Shown: piece after piece, positions 39,181 to 52,452 of the stretch
How the letters are laid out: every line of letters begins with the position of its first letter
How positions within the stretch are numbered: position 1 is the stretch's first letter
DNA from: Escherichia coli
GTDB lineage: Bacteria > Pseudomonadota > Gammaproteobacteria > Enterobacterales > Enterobacteriaceae
Strand: one strand, 5' to 3'
Length of the DNA: 64,000 nucleotides
Assembly (NCBI RefSeq): GCF_044324875.1
Contig: NZ_CP172185.1
The notes under the pieces: generated by a model
Database searches by the model: none
What the model was told of the DNA's origin: nothing
Seen by the model: only the letters and a program-made list of their open reading frames with translations
Program-made: the position numbers and the translations under genes

Positions 39181-40246
39181 TACAGCACTCCTTTCGACGA
39201 GGGCAGGGTGTCGCCTTCCACGCGGATGGCCTGGCGCAGGGTGCGGCCAAACGCTTTGAACAGGCTCTCTACACGGTGGTGATCGTTTTTACCTTTGGTT
39301 TTCAGGTGCAGGGTCACGCCCATGGTGTATGAGAGCGAACGGAAGAAGTGCTCGATCATTTCAGTGCTGAGATCGCCCACGCGCTGGTAGGTAAACTCGG
39401 CTTTATATTCCAGGTGCGGGCGACCAGAGATATCCAGCGCGCAGCGGGCAAGGCATTCGTCCATCGGCAGCACAAAACCGAAGCGGCAAATACCGCGTTT
39501 GTCGCCAAGAGCAATTTTTAATGCTTCGCCCAGCGCCAGGCCGGTATCTTCGACGGTGTGATGATCGTCGATATAGAGGTCGCCTTTAACGTTGATTTCC
39601 ATACGGAAACCACCGTGGGTAGCGATCTGATCCAGCATGTGATCAAAGAAGCCAACGCCGGTGTTAATCTTGCTGCCACCTTCGCGATCCAGCCACACCT
39701 GGACGTCAATTTGCGTCTCTTTGGTGTTACGCACTACATGGGCGTAACGGTCTCGTTTAGTGAGTTGCTCGCCAATCATTGGCCAGTTCAGAGTTTCGCG
39801 GTCGTAGCGTAAACCATTAATGCCCATGTTTTCCGCCAGTTGAATGTCGGTCGCGCGATCGCCAATTACATAACTGTTAGCGCGATCCATCGCTTGCTCA
39901 GCCAGATAACGCTCCACCAGTTTTACTTTCGGCTTACGGCAGTCACACTCATCGGCGGGCAGGTGTGGGCAAATCAGCACTTCATCAAACTGCACGCCTT
40001 GCGAGGTGAAGATCTGCATCATCAGGTTGTGCGGGCCATCGAAATCCGCCTGCGGGAAACTTTGTGTTCCCAGACCATCCTGATTAGTGATCATCACCAG
40101 CTTGTAGCCCGCTTTTTGCAGCTTCAGCAGCTCCGGGATCACGCCAGGTTCAAAGGCGAGTTTGTCAAAACGGTCCACCTGAAAATCACTTGGCGGTTCG
40201 CTAATCAGGGTTCCATCGCGATCGATAAAAAGATACTTCTGACTCA

Positions 40247-40247
<1 letters not shown>
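39180..40247 (-). CDS. hisB: Bifunctional histidinol-phosphatase / imidazoleglycerol-phosphate dehydratase
   Basis: ORF 39180..40250; second Met taken as start ([14 protein letters not shown]..., HAD-type DxD motif); C-terminal IGPD domain. Confidence 0.93.
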
Positions 40248-42618
<2,371 letters not shown>

Positions 42619-42623
42619 GGCGA

Positions 42624-43523
42624 TCACTCCATCATCTTCTCAATCGGCAGGACCAGAATTGAACTGGCACCCAGCGCTTTCAGTTTTTCCATCGTTTCCC
42701 AGAACAGGGTTTCGCTGCTGACCATGTGCATCGCTACGCGCTGTTGGTCACCTGCCAGCGGTAGAATGGTTGGGCGTTCGGCACCTGGCAGCAGGGCGAT
42801 GACTTCATCCAGACGTTCGGTCGGTGCGTGCATCATGATGTATTTTGATTCGCGCGCCTGGATCACGCCCTGAATACGCGTCAGCAGTTTGTCGATCAGT
42901 TGCTGTTTGGATTCTTCCATTTCGCCATCGCGTTGGATCAGGCAGGCTTTCGAGCGGTAGATAACTTCGACTTCGCGCAGGCCGTTAGCTTCAAGCGTGG
43001 CACCGGTGGAAACCAGATCGCAAATCGCATCCGCCAGTCCGGCACGCGGGGCGACTTCAACAGAACCGTTCAGTAAGCAGGATTTAAAAGAGATGCCTTT
43101 CTGGTCGAGATAACGCTTGAGCAGGTGAGGATAAGAGGTGGCGATACGTTTACCGTTTAAGGAGAGCGGGCCGTCCCAGGCTTCATCAACCGGCGTTGCC
43201 AGCGAAAGGCGGCAGCCGCCGAAATCCAGACGACGCAGGGTAAAGTAGCGCGGATCTTCACCCTGGGCGCGGCGGTTAAGCAGCTCTTCTTCCAGCACGT
43301 TTTCGCCGATAATCCCAAGGTCAACCACGCCGTCCATTACCAGACCGGGAATGTCGTCGTCACGCACGCGCAGAATATCAATCGGCATGTTTTCTGCCAT
43401 CGCGATCAGGCGCTGGGTGTGAAGATTAATTTTAATGCCGCAGCGCGCCAGTAATTCGCGTGAGTCATCACTTAAACGGCCGGATTTCTGCATAGCTATG
43501 CGTAAACGAGAGTTGTCTGTCAT
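42624..43523 (-). CDS. hisG: ATP phosphoribosyltransferase
   Basis: ORF 42624..43562; start taken at the Met giving [20 protein letters not shown]... (299 aa). Confidence 0.93.
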   Translation of the reverse strand: MTDNSRLRIAMQKSGRLSDDSRELLARCGIKINLHTQRLIAMAENMPIDILRVRDDDIPGLVMDGVVDLGIIGENVLEEELLNRRAQGEDPRYFTLRRLDFGGCRLSLATPVDEAWDGPLSLNGKRIATSYPHLLKRYLDQKGISFKSCLLNGSVEVAPRAGLADAICDLVSTGATLEANGLREVEVIYRSKACLIQRDGEMEESKQQLIDKLLTRIQGVIQARESKYIMMHAPTERLDEVIALLPGAERPTILPLAGDQQRVAMHMVSSETLFWETMEKLKALGASSILVLPIEKMME

Positions 43524-43571
43524 TTTCTTATTCCTCTTTAAACCTGTCTGAACCGTTATCAACCGCGCAAT

Positions 43572-43606
43572 AAAAAAGCCCCCGGAAGGTGATCTTCCGG
43601 GGGCTT
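43572..43606 (-). terminator. his operon attenuator terminator
   Basis: Minus strand reads agaaagcccccggaagatcaccttccgggggcttttttatt: a GC-rich hairpin plus U-run between hisL and hisG. Confidence 0.85.
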
Positions 43607-43667
43607 TCTCATGCGTTCATGCACCACTGGAAGATCTGAATGTCTTCCAGCACACATCGCCTGAAAG

Positions 43668-43718
43668 ACTAGTCAGGATGATGGTGATGATGGTGGTGTT
43701 TAAATTGAACGCGTGTCA
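43668..43718 (-). CDS. hisL: his operon leader peptide
   Basis: Minus-strand ORF ATGACACGCGTTCAATTTAAACACCACCATCATCACCATCATCCTGACTAG encodes MTRVQFKHHHHHHHPD with seven consecutive His codons. Confidence 0.92.
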
Positions 43719-44001
43719 TAAAAGTCTCTGTGAATGTTTATTCAACTGATGTCTTTTAACCTAAACCACTTTCACGTTAGAAAGCAAGGGCTTTTTTATA
43801 TATTTTATGGCGATGGATTTGTTTAATGAATGAGCGGGGAAAGGAGGGGGCTAAGAGGACTGACCTCTAAGCTGACGGCACCAAAAATAGCGAAGCCTGG
43901 ATTTTCGTCTCACTGACAATATCTTGATCTACAAACTAATTAATAAATAGTTAATTAACGCCCATCATTGTACAATGAGCTGTACAAAAGAGGAGATTGA
44001 C

Positions 44002-44253
44002 ATGCGTACAATTAGCTACAGCGAAGCGCGTCAGAATTTGTCGGCAACAATGATGAAAGCCGTTGAAGATCATGCCCCGATCCTTATTACTCGTCAGAAT
44101 GGAGAGGCTTGTGTTCTGATGTCACTCGAAGAATACAACTCGCTGGAAGAGACGGCTTATCTGCTGCGCTCCCCCGCTAACGCCCGGAGATTGATGGACT
44201 CAATCGATAGCCTGAAATCAGGCAAAGGAACAGAAAAGGACATTATTGAGTGA
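44002..44253 (+). CDS. yefM: Type II antitoxin YefM (Phd family)
   Basis: 83-aa product [58 protein letters not shown]...; immediately followed by yoeB with a 4-nt overlap. Confidence 0.9.
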
Positions 44254-44504
44254 AACTAATCTGGTCTGAGGAATCATGGGATGATTATCTGTACTGGCAG
44301 GAAACAGATAAGCGAATTGTTAAAAAGATCAATGAACTTATCAAAGATACCCGCAGAACGCCATTTGAAGGTAAGGGGAAGCCAGAACCCCTGAAACATA
44401 ATTTGTCAGGCTTCTGGTCCCGACGCATTACAGAGGAGCACCGTCTGGTATACGCGGTTACCGACGATTCACTGCTCATTGCAGCATGTCGTTATCATTA
44501 TTGA
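44250..44504 (+). CDS. yoeB: Type II toxin YoeB (RelE-family mRNA interferase)
   Basis: 84-aa [36 protein letters not shown]...; RelE/YoeB fold signature; paired with yefM. Confidence 0.9.
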
Positions 44505-44586
44505 ACAGATTCATTCATAGAATGAATTGTCAGTTTTGATACGCTAGCGTAGCCTTATAGATCTAAGGTGTATCAGGAGATAACGG

Positions 44587-45411
44587 ATGAAAAAGGTCGC
44601 AATTGTCGGGTTAGGGTGGTTAGGCATGCCGCTGGCGATGTCACTTTCAGCGCGAGGCTGGCAAGTTACCGGGAGTAAAACCACACAAGATGGTGTCGAA
44701 GCGGCCCGAATGAGTGGGATTGATAGCTATCTGCTTCGCATGGAGCCTGAGTTAGTTTGCGATTCTGACGATCTGGATGCCCTGATGGATGCCGATGCGC
44801 TGGTCATTACGCTTCCGGCACGTCGTAGCGGCCCCGGCGATGAGTTCTATTTACAAGCGGTACAAGAGTTAGTAGATAGCGCGCTGGCCCATCGTATTCC
44901 CCGCATTATTTTTACCAGCTCAACATCTGTCTATGGCGACGCGCAAGGCACGGTGAAAGAAACCACCCCGCGTAATCCGGTAACCAACAGTGGACGAGTA
45001 TTAGAAGAACTCGAAGACTGGCTGCACAATTTACCCGGAACTTCGGTCGATATTCTACGTCTTGCGGGTCTGGTCGGACCGGGACGTCATCCCGGACGTT
45101 TCTTTGCCGGAAAAACCGCCCCTGATGGTGAACATGGTGTTAATTTAGTCCATTTAGAAGATGTTATTGGCGCTATCACTCTGTTGTTACAGGCACCTAA
45201 AGGCGGACACATCTATAATATATGTGCGCCAGCTCACCCTGCGCGTAATGTTTTCTATCCGCAGATGGCCCGTTTACTGGGGCTGGAACCTCCGCAGTTC
45301 AGAAATAGTCTGGACAGCGGCAAAGGTAAGATTATTGATGGCAGTCGGATTTGTAATGAACTGGGATTTGAATACCAGTATCCCGATCCGCTGGTAATGC
45401 CGCTGGAGTAA
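44587..45411 (+). CDS. yeeZ: NAD(P)-binding Rossmann-fold protein YeeZ (epimerase/dehydratase-like)
   Basis: 274-aa ORF; N-terminal MKKVAIVGLGWLGMPLA glycine-rich motif. Confidence 0.85.
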   Translation: MKKVAIVGLGWLGMPLAMSLSARGWQVTGSKTTQDGVEAARMSGIDSYLLRMEPELVCDSDDLDALMDADALVITLPARRSGPGDEFYLQAVQELVDSALAHRIPRIIFTSSTSVYGDAQGTVKETTPRNPVTNSGRVLEELEDWLHNLPGTSVDILRLAGLVGPGRHPGRFFAGKTAPDGEHGVNLVHLEDVIGAITLLLQAPKGGHIYNICAPAHPARNVFYPQMARLLGLEPPQFRNSLDSGKGKIIDGSRICNELGFEYQYPDPLVMPLE

Positions 45412-45456
45412 ACGATCACGCCAGCAGGACGCCGCATGCACTGCAAGGGGGCGTGT

Positions 45457-46386
45457 ATGAAACCACTGCTGGATGTGTTGATGATCCTCGATGCCTTAGA
45501 AAAAGAGGGCAGTTTTGCGGCGGCGTCGGCCAAACTCTACAAGACGCCGTCCGCTCTGAGTTACACCGTTCACAAGCTGGAAAGCGACCTTAATATTCAA
45601 TTGCTTGATCGTAGCGGACACCGCGCTAAATTCACCCGCACCGGAAAAATGTTATTAGAGAAAGGGAGGGAAGTTCTGCATACCGTGCGAGAACTGGAAA
45701 AGCAGGCGATCAAACTGCATGAAGGCTGGGAAAACGAGCTGGTGATTGGCGTGGACGACACCTTCCCTTTTTCTCTGCTTGCGCCACTCATTGAAGCTTT
45801 TTATCAACATCATAGCGTGACGCGCCTGAAGTTTATCAATGGCGTACTCGGTGGTTCCTGGGATGCCCTGACTCAGGGGCGAGCGGATATTATTGTTGGC
45901 GCGATGCATGAGCCACCATCTTCCAGTGAGTTTGGTTTCTCGCGGTTGGGCGATCTTGAACAAGTCTTTGCGGTCGCGCCCCATCATCCGTTAGCCCAGG
46001 AAGAAGAACCGTTAAACCGTCGTATCATTAAGCAATATAGGGCGATTGTGGTAGGGGATACTGCGCAGGCCGGCGCTTCTACGGCCTCGCAACTTCTCGA
46101 CGAACAAGAAGCCATTACCGTTTTCGATTTTAAAACCAAGCTGGAGCTGCAAATTAGCGGCCTCGGCTGCGGCTATTTACCCCGTTATCTGGCGCAACGT
46201 TTTCTCGATAGTGGCGCGTTAATCGAGAAGAAAGTGGTCGCCCAAACTCTCTTTGAACCTGTCTGGATTGGCTGGAACGAACAGACCGCAGGACTTGCCA
46301 GCGCCTGGTGGCGAGACGAGATTTTAGCAAATAGTGCGATCGCCGGTGTTTATGCAAAATCTGATGACGGAAAATCAGCCATTTAA
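45457..46386 (+). CDS. yeeY: LysR-family transcriptional regulator YeeY
   Basis: ORF 45436..46386; start taken at MKPLLDV...; N-terminal HTH (FAAASAKLYKTPSALSYTVHKLESDL) and C-terminal LysR substrate-binding domain. Confidence 0.85.
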   Translation: MKPLLDVLMILDALEKEGSFAAASAKLYKTPSALSYTVHKLESDLNIQLLDRSGHRAKFTRTGKMLLEKGREVLHTVRELEKQAIKLHEGWENELVIGVDDTFPFSLLAPLIEAFYQHHSVTRLKFINGVLGGSWDALTQGRADIIVGAMHEPPSSSEFGFSRLGDLEQVFAVAPHHPLAQEEEPLNRRIIKQYRAIVVGDTAQAGASTASQLLDEQEAITVFDFKTKLELQISGLGCGYLPRYLAQRFLDSGALIEKKVVAQTLFEPVWIGWNEQTAGLASAWWRDEILANSAIAGVYAKSDDGKSAI

Positions 46387-46473
46387 AGAAAAATTATTAT
46401 GACAAGCCTCTCATTCTCTTGTCATTTCCCCCCCATTTAGGCACAATGCGCCGCTGTCAAAAAATGACTAAAA

Positions 46474-46505
46474 ACCGACGTTTCATCAGCGTCGGTTATT
46501 TTTTG
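46474..46505 (+). terminator. Rho-independent terminator downstream of yeeY
   Basis: accgacg-tttcatcag-cgtcggt hairpin followed by a T-run. Confidence 0.6.
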
Positions 46506-46652
46506 CTTCAAACCAATCATTCATACCAAGAGGCCGGGCTTCGTACCGGATAGATATTTACTAAAAATCGACAGTTGTTGTCGCTGAGGAATCCAAAAAA
46601 ATGGGGCAATTTTTTGCTTACGCGACGGTTATCACCGTAAAGGAGAATGACC

Positions 46653-48011
46653 ATGTCGCATAACGTTACTCCAAACACCTCTCGCGTGGAATTGCGTAAA
46701 ACGCTTACGTTAGTTCCGGTTGTAATGATGGGTCTTGCCTATATGCAGCCGATGACGCTGTTTGATACATTTGGTATCGTTTCAGGCCTCACGGATGGTC
46801 ATGTGCCGACAGCCTATGCGTTCGCATTGATTGCGATCCTGTTTACGGCTCTGAGCTACGGGAAGCTGGTTCGCCGCTATCCTTCTGCTGGCTCTGCATA
46901 CACTTACGCCCAGAAATCCATTAGCCCGACTGTCGGCTTTATGGTGGGTTGGTCTTCTCTGCTCGACTATCTGTTCGCGCCGATGATCAACATTCTGCTG
47001 GCGAAAATCTATTTTGAAGCTCTGGTGCCTTCCATCCCATCGTGGATGTTTGTGGTGGCGCTGGTGGCCTTTATGACCGCCTTTAACCTGCGTAGTCTGA
47101 AATCCGTAGCGAACTTCAACACTGTAATCGTCGTGTTGCAGGTAGTGCTGATCGCGGTGATTCTGGGCATGGTTGTTTATGGCGTATTTGAAGGTGAAGG
47201 CGCGGGTACGCTGGCGAGCACTCGTCCGTTCTGGTCTGGCGATGCGCATGTTATCCCGATGATTACCGGGGCGACAATCCTGTGCTTCTCCTTTACCGGC
47301 TTTGACGGCATCAGCAACCTGTCGGAAGAAACCAAAGATGCAGAGCGCGTGATCCCGCGTGCGATTTTCCTGACCGCGCTGATTGGCGGCATGATCTTCA
47401 TCTTTGCAACTTACTTCCTGCAGCTGTACTTCCCGGATATCTCTCGCTTTAAAGATCCGGATGCGTCACAGCCTGAAATCATGCTGTACGTTGCGGGTAA
47501 AGCGTTCCAGGTTGGCGCGCTGATCTTCTCCACCATTACCGTACTGGCGTCCGGTATGGCGGCGCACGCAGGCGTAGCGCGTCTGATGTACGTAATGGGT
47601 CGTGACGGCGTGTTCCCGAAAAGCTTCTTCGGTTATGTACACCCGAAATGGCGTACTCCGGCGATGAACATCATCCTGGTTGGCGCGATTGCCCTGCTGG
47701 CAATCAACTTCGACCTGGTAATGGCTACGGCGCTGATTAACTTTGGTGCGTTGGTGGCGTTCACCTTCGTTAACCTGTCGGTCATCTCGCAGTTCTGGAT
47801 CCGTGAGAAGCGTAACAAGACGCTGAAAGATCACTTCCAGTATCTGTTCCTGCCGATGTGTGGTGCGCTGACCGTTGGTGCGCTGTGGGTTAACCTGGAA
47901 GAAAGCTCAATGGTTCTGGGTCTGATCTGGGCTGCTATCGGTCTGATTTACCTGGCATGCGTAACCAAGAGCTTCCGTAACCCGGTTCCGCAGTACGAAG
48001 ACGTAGCATAA
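46653..48011 (+). CDS. plaP: APC-family amino acid/polyamine permease (putrescine importer PlaP/YeeF)
   Basis: 452-aa polytopic membrane ORF ([31 protein letters not shown]...). Confidence 0.88.
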   Translation: MSHNVTPNTSRVELRKTLTLVPVVMMGLAYMQPMTLFDTFGIVSGLTDGHVPTAYAFALIAILFTALSYGKLVRRYPSAGSAYTYAQKSISPTVGFMVGWSSLLDYLFAPMINILLAKIYFEALVPSIPSWMFVVALVAFMTAFNLRSLKSVANFNTVIVVLQVVLIAVILGMVVYGVFEGEGAGTLASTRPFWSGDAHVIPMITGATILCFSFTGFDGISNLSEETKDAERVIPRAIFLTALIGGMIFIFATYFLQLYFPDISRFKDPDASQPEIMLYVAGKAFQVGALIFSTITVLASGMAAHAGVARLMYVMGRDGVFPKSFFGYVHPKWRTPAMNIILVGAIALLAINFDLVMATALINFGALVAFTFVNLSVISQFWIREKRNKTLKDHFQYLFLPMCGALTVGALWVNLEESSMVLGLIWAAIGLIYLACVTKSFRNPVPQYEDVA

Positions 48012-48030
48012 TCATCTTTTCTAATAATCA

Positions 48031-48067
48031 ACCGGAGTCGAATGAATATTTGGCTCCGGTTTTTTTA
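48031..48067 (+). terminator. Rho-independent terminator downstream of plaP
   Basis: accggagtcgaatgaatatttggctccggt hairpin followed by T7. Confidence 0.65.
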
Positions 48068-48189
48068 TTCTTTTTTATCGAAATCCTCATTAATAACCAT
48101 TTGTTCTAATTTAGAGAATTTGGTTATTGGTCTGCATTCCACCAGTCATGAATAATTTCCCCATTAACATTCATCTGGTTAATTAATTT

Positions 48190-49248
48190 ATGTTTTCAAT
48201 GATATTAAGCGGGCTAATTTGTGGTGCTCTGCTGGGATTTGTCATGCAGCGTGGGCGTTTTTGCCTGACAGGTGGTTTTCGCGATATGTATATCGCGAAA
48301 AATAATCGCATGTTTTACGCCTTGCTGATTGCAATTTCGGTACAAAGCGTGGGGGTTTTTGCGTTAATTCAGGCGGGCCTACTGACTTACGAAGCCGGGG
48401 CGTTCCCGTGGCTTGGTACTGTTATAGGTGGGTATCTTTTCGGGCTGGGAATTGTTCTGGCGGGTGGATGTGCCACCGGGACCTGGTATCGCGCGGGTGA
48501 GGGATTGATCGGCAGTTGGATCGCGCTTTTCACTTATATGGTGATGAGTGCGGTGATGCGTTCTCCACACGCCAGTGGTTTAAATCAAACCTTGCAGCAC
48601 TACAGTACTGAACATAACTCTATTGCTGAGACTTTTAATTTGTCTGTGTGGCCGTTGGTTACCGTTTTGCTGGTGATAACGCTCTGGGTGGTGATGAAAG
48701 AGTTGAAGAAGCCAAAACTCAAAGTCGCGACCTTACCGCCGCGCCGAACCGGGATCGCTCATATTCTGTTTGAAAAACGCTGGCATCCCTTTGTCACTGC
48801 TGTACTCATCGGTTTGATTGCGCTTTTAGCCTGGCCCCTGAGTGAAGCAACCGGACGCATGTTTGGGTTAGGAATCACTTCCCCAACGGCCAATATTCTG
48901 CAATTTCTGGTCGCGGGTGACGTGAAATACATTAACTGGGGCGTTTTCCTGGTGTTAGGGATCTTCGTGGGGTCATTTATTGCAGCCAAAGCGAGCCGTG
49001 AGTTCCGCGTTCGCGCTGCTGATGCACAAACAACATTACGTAGCGGGTTAGGTGGTGTACTGATGGGCTTCGGTGCCAGCATTGCAGGTGGTTGCTCTAT
49101 CGGTAATGGACTGGTCATGACTGCAATGATGACCTGGCAGGGCTGGATTGGCCTTGTATTTATGATTCTCGGAGTCTGGACTGCGTCCTGGCTTGTGTAT
49201 GTTCGACCGCAGCGTAAGGCGCGACTGGCAACTGCTGCGGCAAATTAA
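48190..49248 (+). CDS. yeeE: YeeE/YedE-family inner membrane transporter (thiosulfate uptake, TsuA-like)
   Basis: 352-aa polytopic ORF with repeated Cys-containing motifs (GRFCLTGGFRD, GGCATGTWYRAGEG, GGCSIGNG). Confidence 0.88.
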   Translation: MFSMILSGLICGALLGFVMQRGRFCLTGGFRDMYIAKNNRMFYALLIAISVQSVGVFALIQAGLLTYEAGAFPWLGTVIGGYLFGLGIVLAGGCATGTWYRAGEGLIGSWIALFTYMVMSAVMRSPHASGLNQTLQHYSTEHNSIAETFNLSVWPLVTVLLVITLWVVMKELKKPKLKVATLPPRRTGIAHILFEKRWHPFVTAVLIGLIALLAWPLSEATGRMFGLGITSPTANILQFLVAGDVKYINWGVFLVLGIFVGSFIAAKASREFRVRAADAQTTLRSGLGGVLMGFGASIAGGCSIGNGLVMTAMMTWQGWIGLVFMILGVWTASWLVYVRPQRKARLATAAAN

Positions 49249-49261
49249 GTAAGGTGTAAAG

Positions 49262-49489
49262 ATGGCGATTAAAAAGCTGGATGTGGTGACGCAGGTCTGT
49301 CCGTTTCCACTCATAGAAGCAAAAGCAGCACTGGCAGAAATGGCCAGCGGCGATGAGTTGGTAATTGAGTTTGATTGCACCCAGGCAACTGAAGCAATCC
49401 CACAGTGGGCGGCAGAAGAAGGGCATGCCATCACCGATTATCAGCAGATTGGCGATGCAGCGTGGAGCATCACCGTTCAAAAAGCCTGA
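49262..49489 (+). CDS. yeeD: TusA-like sulfurtransferase YeeD (TsuB)
   Basis: 75-aa ORF with the TusA CPxP motif (VCPFPLIEAKAALAEM). Confidence 0.9.
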   Translation: MAIKKLDVVTQVCPFPLIEAKAALAEMASGDELVIEFDCTQATEAIPQWAAEEGHAITDYQQIGDAAWSITVQKA

Positions 49490-49500
49490 CTCAAAATTGT

Positions 49501-49524
49501 CCTCCGCCGTACCAGCGGCGGAGG
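49501..49524. terminator. Probable bidirectional terminator hairpin between convergent yeeD and sbcB
   Basis: cctccgccg-taccag-cggcggagg perfect 9-bp stem; no strong T-run on either side. Confidence 0.45.
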
Positions 49525-49531
49525 CTTCACA

Positions 49532-50959
49532 TTAGACAATCTCTTCCGCGTACTGCCAAAGCGCTTTTAACAGCGCCACTTTTTCTTTATCGTCGGCATA
49601 CTGCTGCGCCAGCATCTGAATCTCTTCTGCATAACCCTGCAAAAACTCTGGCGCGAAGACCTGGCGGCGGTGCTCCAGCCAGCGTTGCTGCTCGGCATAA
49701 TCCAGCGTCCCCGGGAAGTTGCGCGCCCGATAATTGAACAACAGCTTTTCAATTCGTTTATCAACAAAAGTGATATCCAGTGCCGGTAAATTACGCGGCT
49801 CGGTTTCAAGCACAATTTTCATTGCTGCGCGATCGGCGTCACTGAAAAAGCCATTATAAAGCTGTGCATCCACGTTATCTGAAGGCGTAAACGGTTCGGC
49901 TTCCGCGAATATCGCCACCACTTTTTCACGCACTTGCGGATTTTCACGCAGAATTTTCAGGTTATCGAGGCAATGCTGACGATTAATTCCCAGTCGGTCG
50001 GCATCTTCCGGGCGTAGCGTATTCGCCTGGGCCAGCACCGGACATTTATTGATATGCACCAGTTTAACCGGAACGGCGGCGTTATCGCCAAGATCGGCTT
50101 TTGCGGTATATAGACGCTCGCGCAATGTGTCGCTATCCAGTTCCAGTAATGGCGAAATGTCTCCTGCCAAATCCACCATAATTACGGCATTGCGATTTTC
50201 AGGATGCCACGCCAGCGGTGCCACCCAGCTGGTATTGCCGCGCCATGCCCCAAACATTCCGGAAACGTGAACCAGGGGTTTCATCTGCGGAACATCAATC
50301 AACGCCATCAGTTTGTGTTTATTACGATGGGTAAAGAGATAATCAAACAGGCGTGGCTGACGCGTTTTTACCAGTTTCGCCATCGCAATAGTGGCGTACA
50401 CATCAGCCATCGCATCGTGGGCGTTGCTATGTTCAATACCATTCGCTTTGGTTAAATGCTCAAGGCGAAAGCTCGGTAGACCGTCATCATTTTCAGGCCA
50501 GTTTATTCCTTCCGGGCGCAGGGCATAACAGGCACGCATAACATCCAGTAAATCCCAGCGCGAGTTATCATGCTGCCAGCTCCAGGCGTAAGGATCGTAG
50601 AAATTACGATAAAAAACGTTGCGTGTGACTTCGTCGTCGAAACGCACATTGTTGTAGCCCAGAATACAGGTCTTCGGTACGGTAAAAAGCGAGTGAATAC
50701 GGGCGGCAAATGCGGCTTCGTTTTCTCCTTTCGCCCGAGCTTCCTGCGGGGTAATACCGGTAATTAATACTGCTCCAGGCAGGGGTAAATAGTCATCCGC
50801 GGGCTTGCAGTAAAAGACTTCGGGTTCGCCGATGACATTGAATTCGTCATCGGTGCGAATGGCTGCGAACTGTGCAGGGCGATCTAACGCGGGGTGCGTG
50901 CCAAAGGTTTCGTAATCGTGAAACAAAAAGGTAGATTGTTGCTTACCGTCATTCATCAT
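49532..50959 (-). CDS. sbcB: Exodeoxyribonuclease I
   Basis: ORF 49532..51007; start taken at the Met giving MMNDGKQQSTFLFHDYETFGT... (475 aa); DnaQ-like exonuclease motif DYETFG. Confidence 0.93.
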   Translation of the reverse strand: MMNDGKQQSTFLFHDYETFGTHPALDRPAQFAAIRTDDEFNVIGEPEVFYCKPADDYLPLPGAVLITGITPQEARAKGENEAAFAARIHSLFTVPKTCILGYNNVRFDDEVTRNVFYRNFYDPYAWSWQHDNSRWDLLDVMRACYALRPEGINWPENDDGLPSFRLEHLTKANGIEHSNAHDAMADVYATIAMAKLVKTRQPRLFDYLFTHRNKHKLMALIDVPQMKPLVHVSGMFGAWRGNTSWVAPLAWHPENRNAVIMVDLAGDISPLLELDSDTLRERLYTAKADLGDNAAVPVKLVHINKCPVLAQANTLRPEDADRLGINRQHCLDNLKILRENPQVREKVVAIFAEAEPFTPSDNVDAQLYNGFFSDADRAAMKIVLETEPRNLPALDITFVDKRIEKLLFNYRARNFPGTLDYAEQQRWLEHRRQVFAPEFLQGYAEEIQMLAQQYADDKEKVALLKALWQYAEEIV

Positions 50960-51167
50960 TAGGTTAAATCCGTTGTTTCTGCTGTCTGCCAGAGTATCAA
51001 ATATCACCGTGCTAATCAGCTTTAGCGCGACAATTTGACAGCGAGTGGCAACAGATCATGTCAGATAAAAATGAGAGGGTAGTCACATTTTCTTGCACTT
51101 TATTCCAGCCAGTTCATAAGTATTTCCGTAAAAAGAACAGCTATTTGAAACTCCTGAGGGTTTGCTG

Positions 51168-52334
51168 TTGAAACGCCGTCTTATTATTGCTGCTTCTTTG
51201 TTCGTTTTTAACTTATCGTCTGGTTTTGCGGCGGAAAACATTCCTTTTTCACCTCAGCCTCCTGAGATTCATGCCGGCTCCTGGGTATTGATGGATTACA
51301 CCACCGGTCAGATCCTCACCGCGGGTAATGAGCATCAACAGCGCAATCCCGCCAGCCTGACAAAGCTGATGACGGGCTATGTCGTGGATCGTGCTATCGA
51401 TAGTCATCGCATTACGCCAGACGATATTGTCACCGTGGGGCGTGATGCGTGGGCGAAAGATAATCCGGTGTTTGTCGGTTCTTCACTGATGTTTTTGAAA
51501 GAGGGCGATCGCGTATCGGTACGTGATTTAAGCCGTGGTTTAATTGTGGATTCCGGAAATGACGCTTGTGTTGCACTGGCTGACTATATTGCCGGTGGGC
51601 AACGGCAGTTTGTTGAAATGATGAACAACTATGCCGAGAAGCTGCATCTCAAGGATACGCATTTTGAAACAGTGCATGGTCTGGATGCACCAGGCCAGCA
51701 TAGCTCGGCTTATGATTTAGCTGTGCTTTCTCGCGCTATCATCCACGGCGAGCCCGAGTTTTATCATATGTACAGTGAGAAAAGTCTCACCTGGAACGGT
51801 ATCACCCAGCAAAACCGTAACGGGTTATTGTGGGATAAAACCATGAATGTTGACGGCCTGAAAACGGGTCATACTTCTGGTGCCGGGTTTAATCTCATTG
51901 CTTCGGCTGTCGATGGGCAGCGTCGTCTCATTGCAGTGGTAATGGGAGCTGACAGTGCAAAAGGTCGTGAGGAAGAGGCAAGAAAATTACTGCGTTGGGG
52001 GCAACAAAACTTTACTACGGTGCAAATTTTGCACCGTGGGAAAAAGGTCGGTACGGAACGCATCTGGTATGGCGATAAAGAAAATATCGCCCTGGGAACG
52101 GAACAAGAGTTCTGGATGGTGCTACCGAAAGCCGAAATTCCACATATCAAAGCCAAATATACCCTTGATGGTAAAGAGCTCACCGCGCCAATTAGCGCCC
52201 ATCAGCGGGTAGGGGAAATTGAACTTTACGACCGTGATAAACAGGTGGCGCACTGGCCGCTGGTTACCCTGGAATCTGTCGGGGAAGGCAGCATGTTTTC
52301 TCGCCTGAGTGATTATTTCCACCATAAGGCCTGA
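51168..52334 (+). CDS. dacD: D-alanyl-D-alanine carboxypeptidase (PBP6b)
   Basis: ORF from TTG 51162; probable start is codon 3 (MKRRLIIAASLF... signal peptide). SxxK active site (PASLTKLM), SGN and KTG motifs. Confidence 0.9.
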   Translation: MKRRLIIAASLFVFNLSSGFAAENIPFSPQPPEIHAGSWVLMDYTTGQILTAGNEHQQRNPASLTKLMTGYVVDRAIDSHRITPDDIVTVGRDAWAKDNPVFVGSSLMFLKEGDRVSVRDLSRGLIVDSGNDACVALADYIAGGQRQFVEMMNNYAEKLHLKDTHFETVHGLDAPGQHSSAYDLAVLSRAIIHGEPEFYHMYSEKSLTWNGITQQNRNGLLWDKTMNVDGLKTGHTSGAGFNLIASAVDGQRRLIAVVMGADSAKGREEEARKLLRWGQQNFTTVQILHRGKKVGTERIWYGDKENIALGTEQEFWMVLPKAEIPHIKAKYTLDGKELTAPISAHQRVGEIELYDRDKQVAHWPLVTLESVGEGSMFSRLSDYFHHKA

Positions 52335-52452
52335 CCTTTCTTTTGCAGCAGACTGGCAGGAGTGCGAGTCTGCTCGCATAATCAACACTCATTCCTTGTG
52401 GTTTTAATATTGCAACCACACTGTATATAAAAACAGTAATAATGGAGGCGTC

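Noticed and set aside
43668-43718. Run of seven His codons considered as an engineered His-tag or cloning artefact
   Set aside because: It is the native his leader peptide, followed by the attenuator hairpin and the hisGDCBHAFI genes in chromosomal order.
52335-52452. Hairpin after dacD (agcagact...agtctgct) considered as a terminator or small RNA
   Set aside because: No downstream U-run and no additional structure; too weak to call without expression data.
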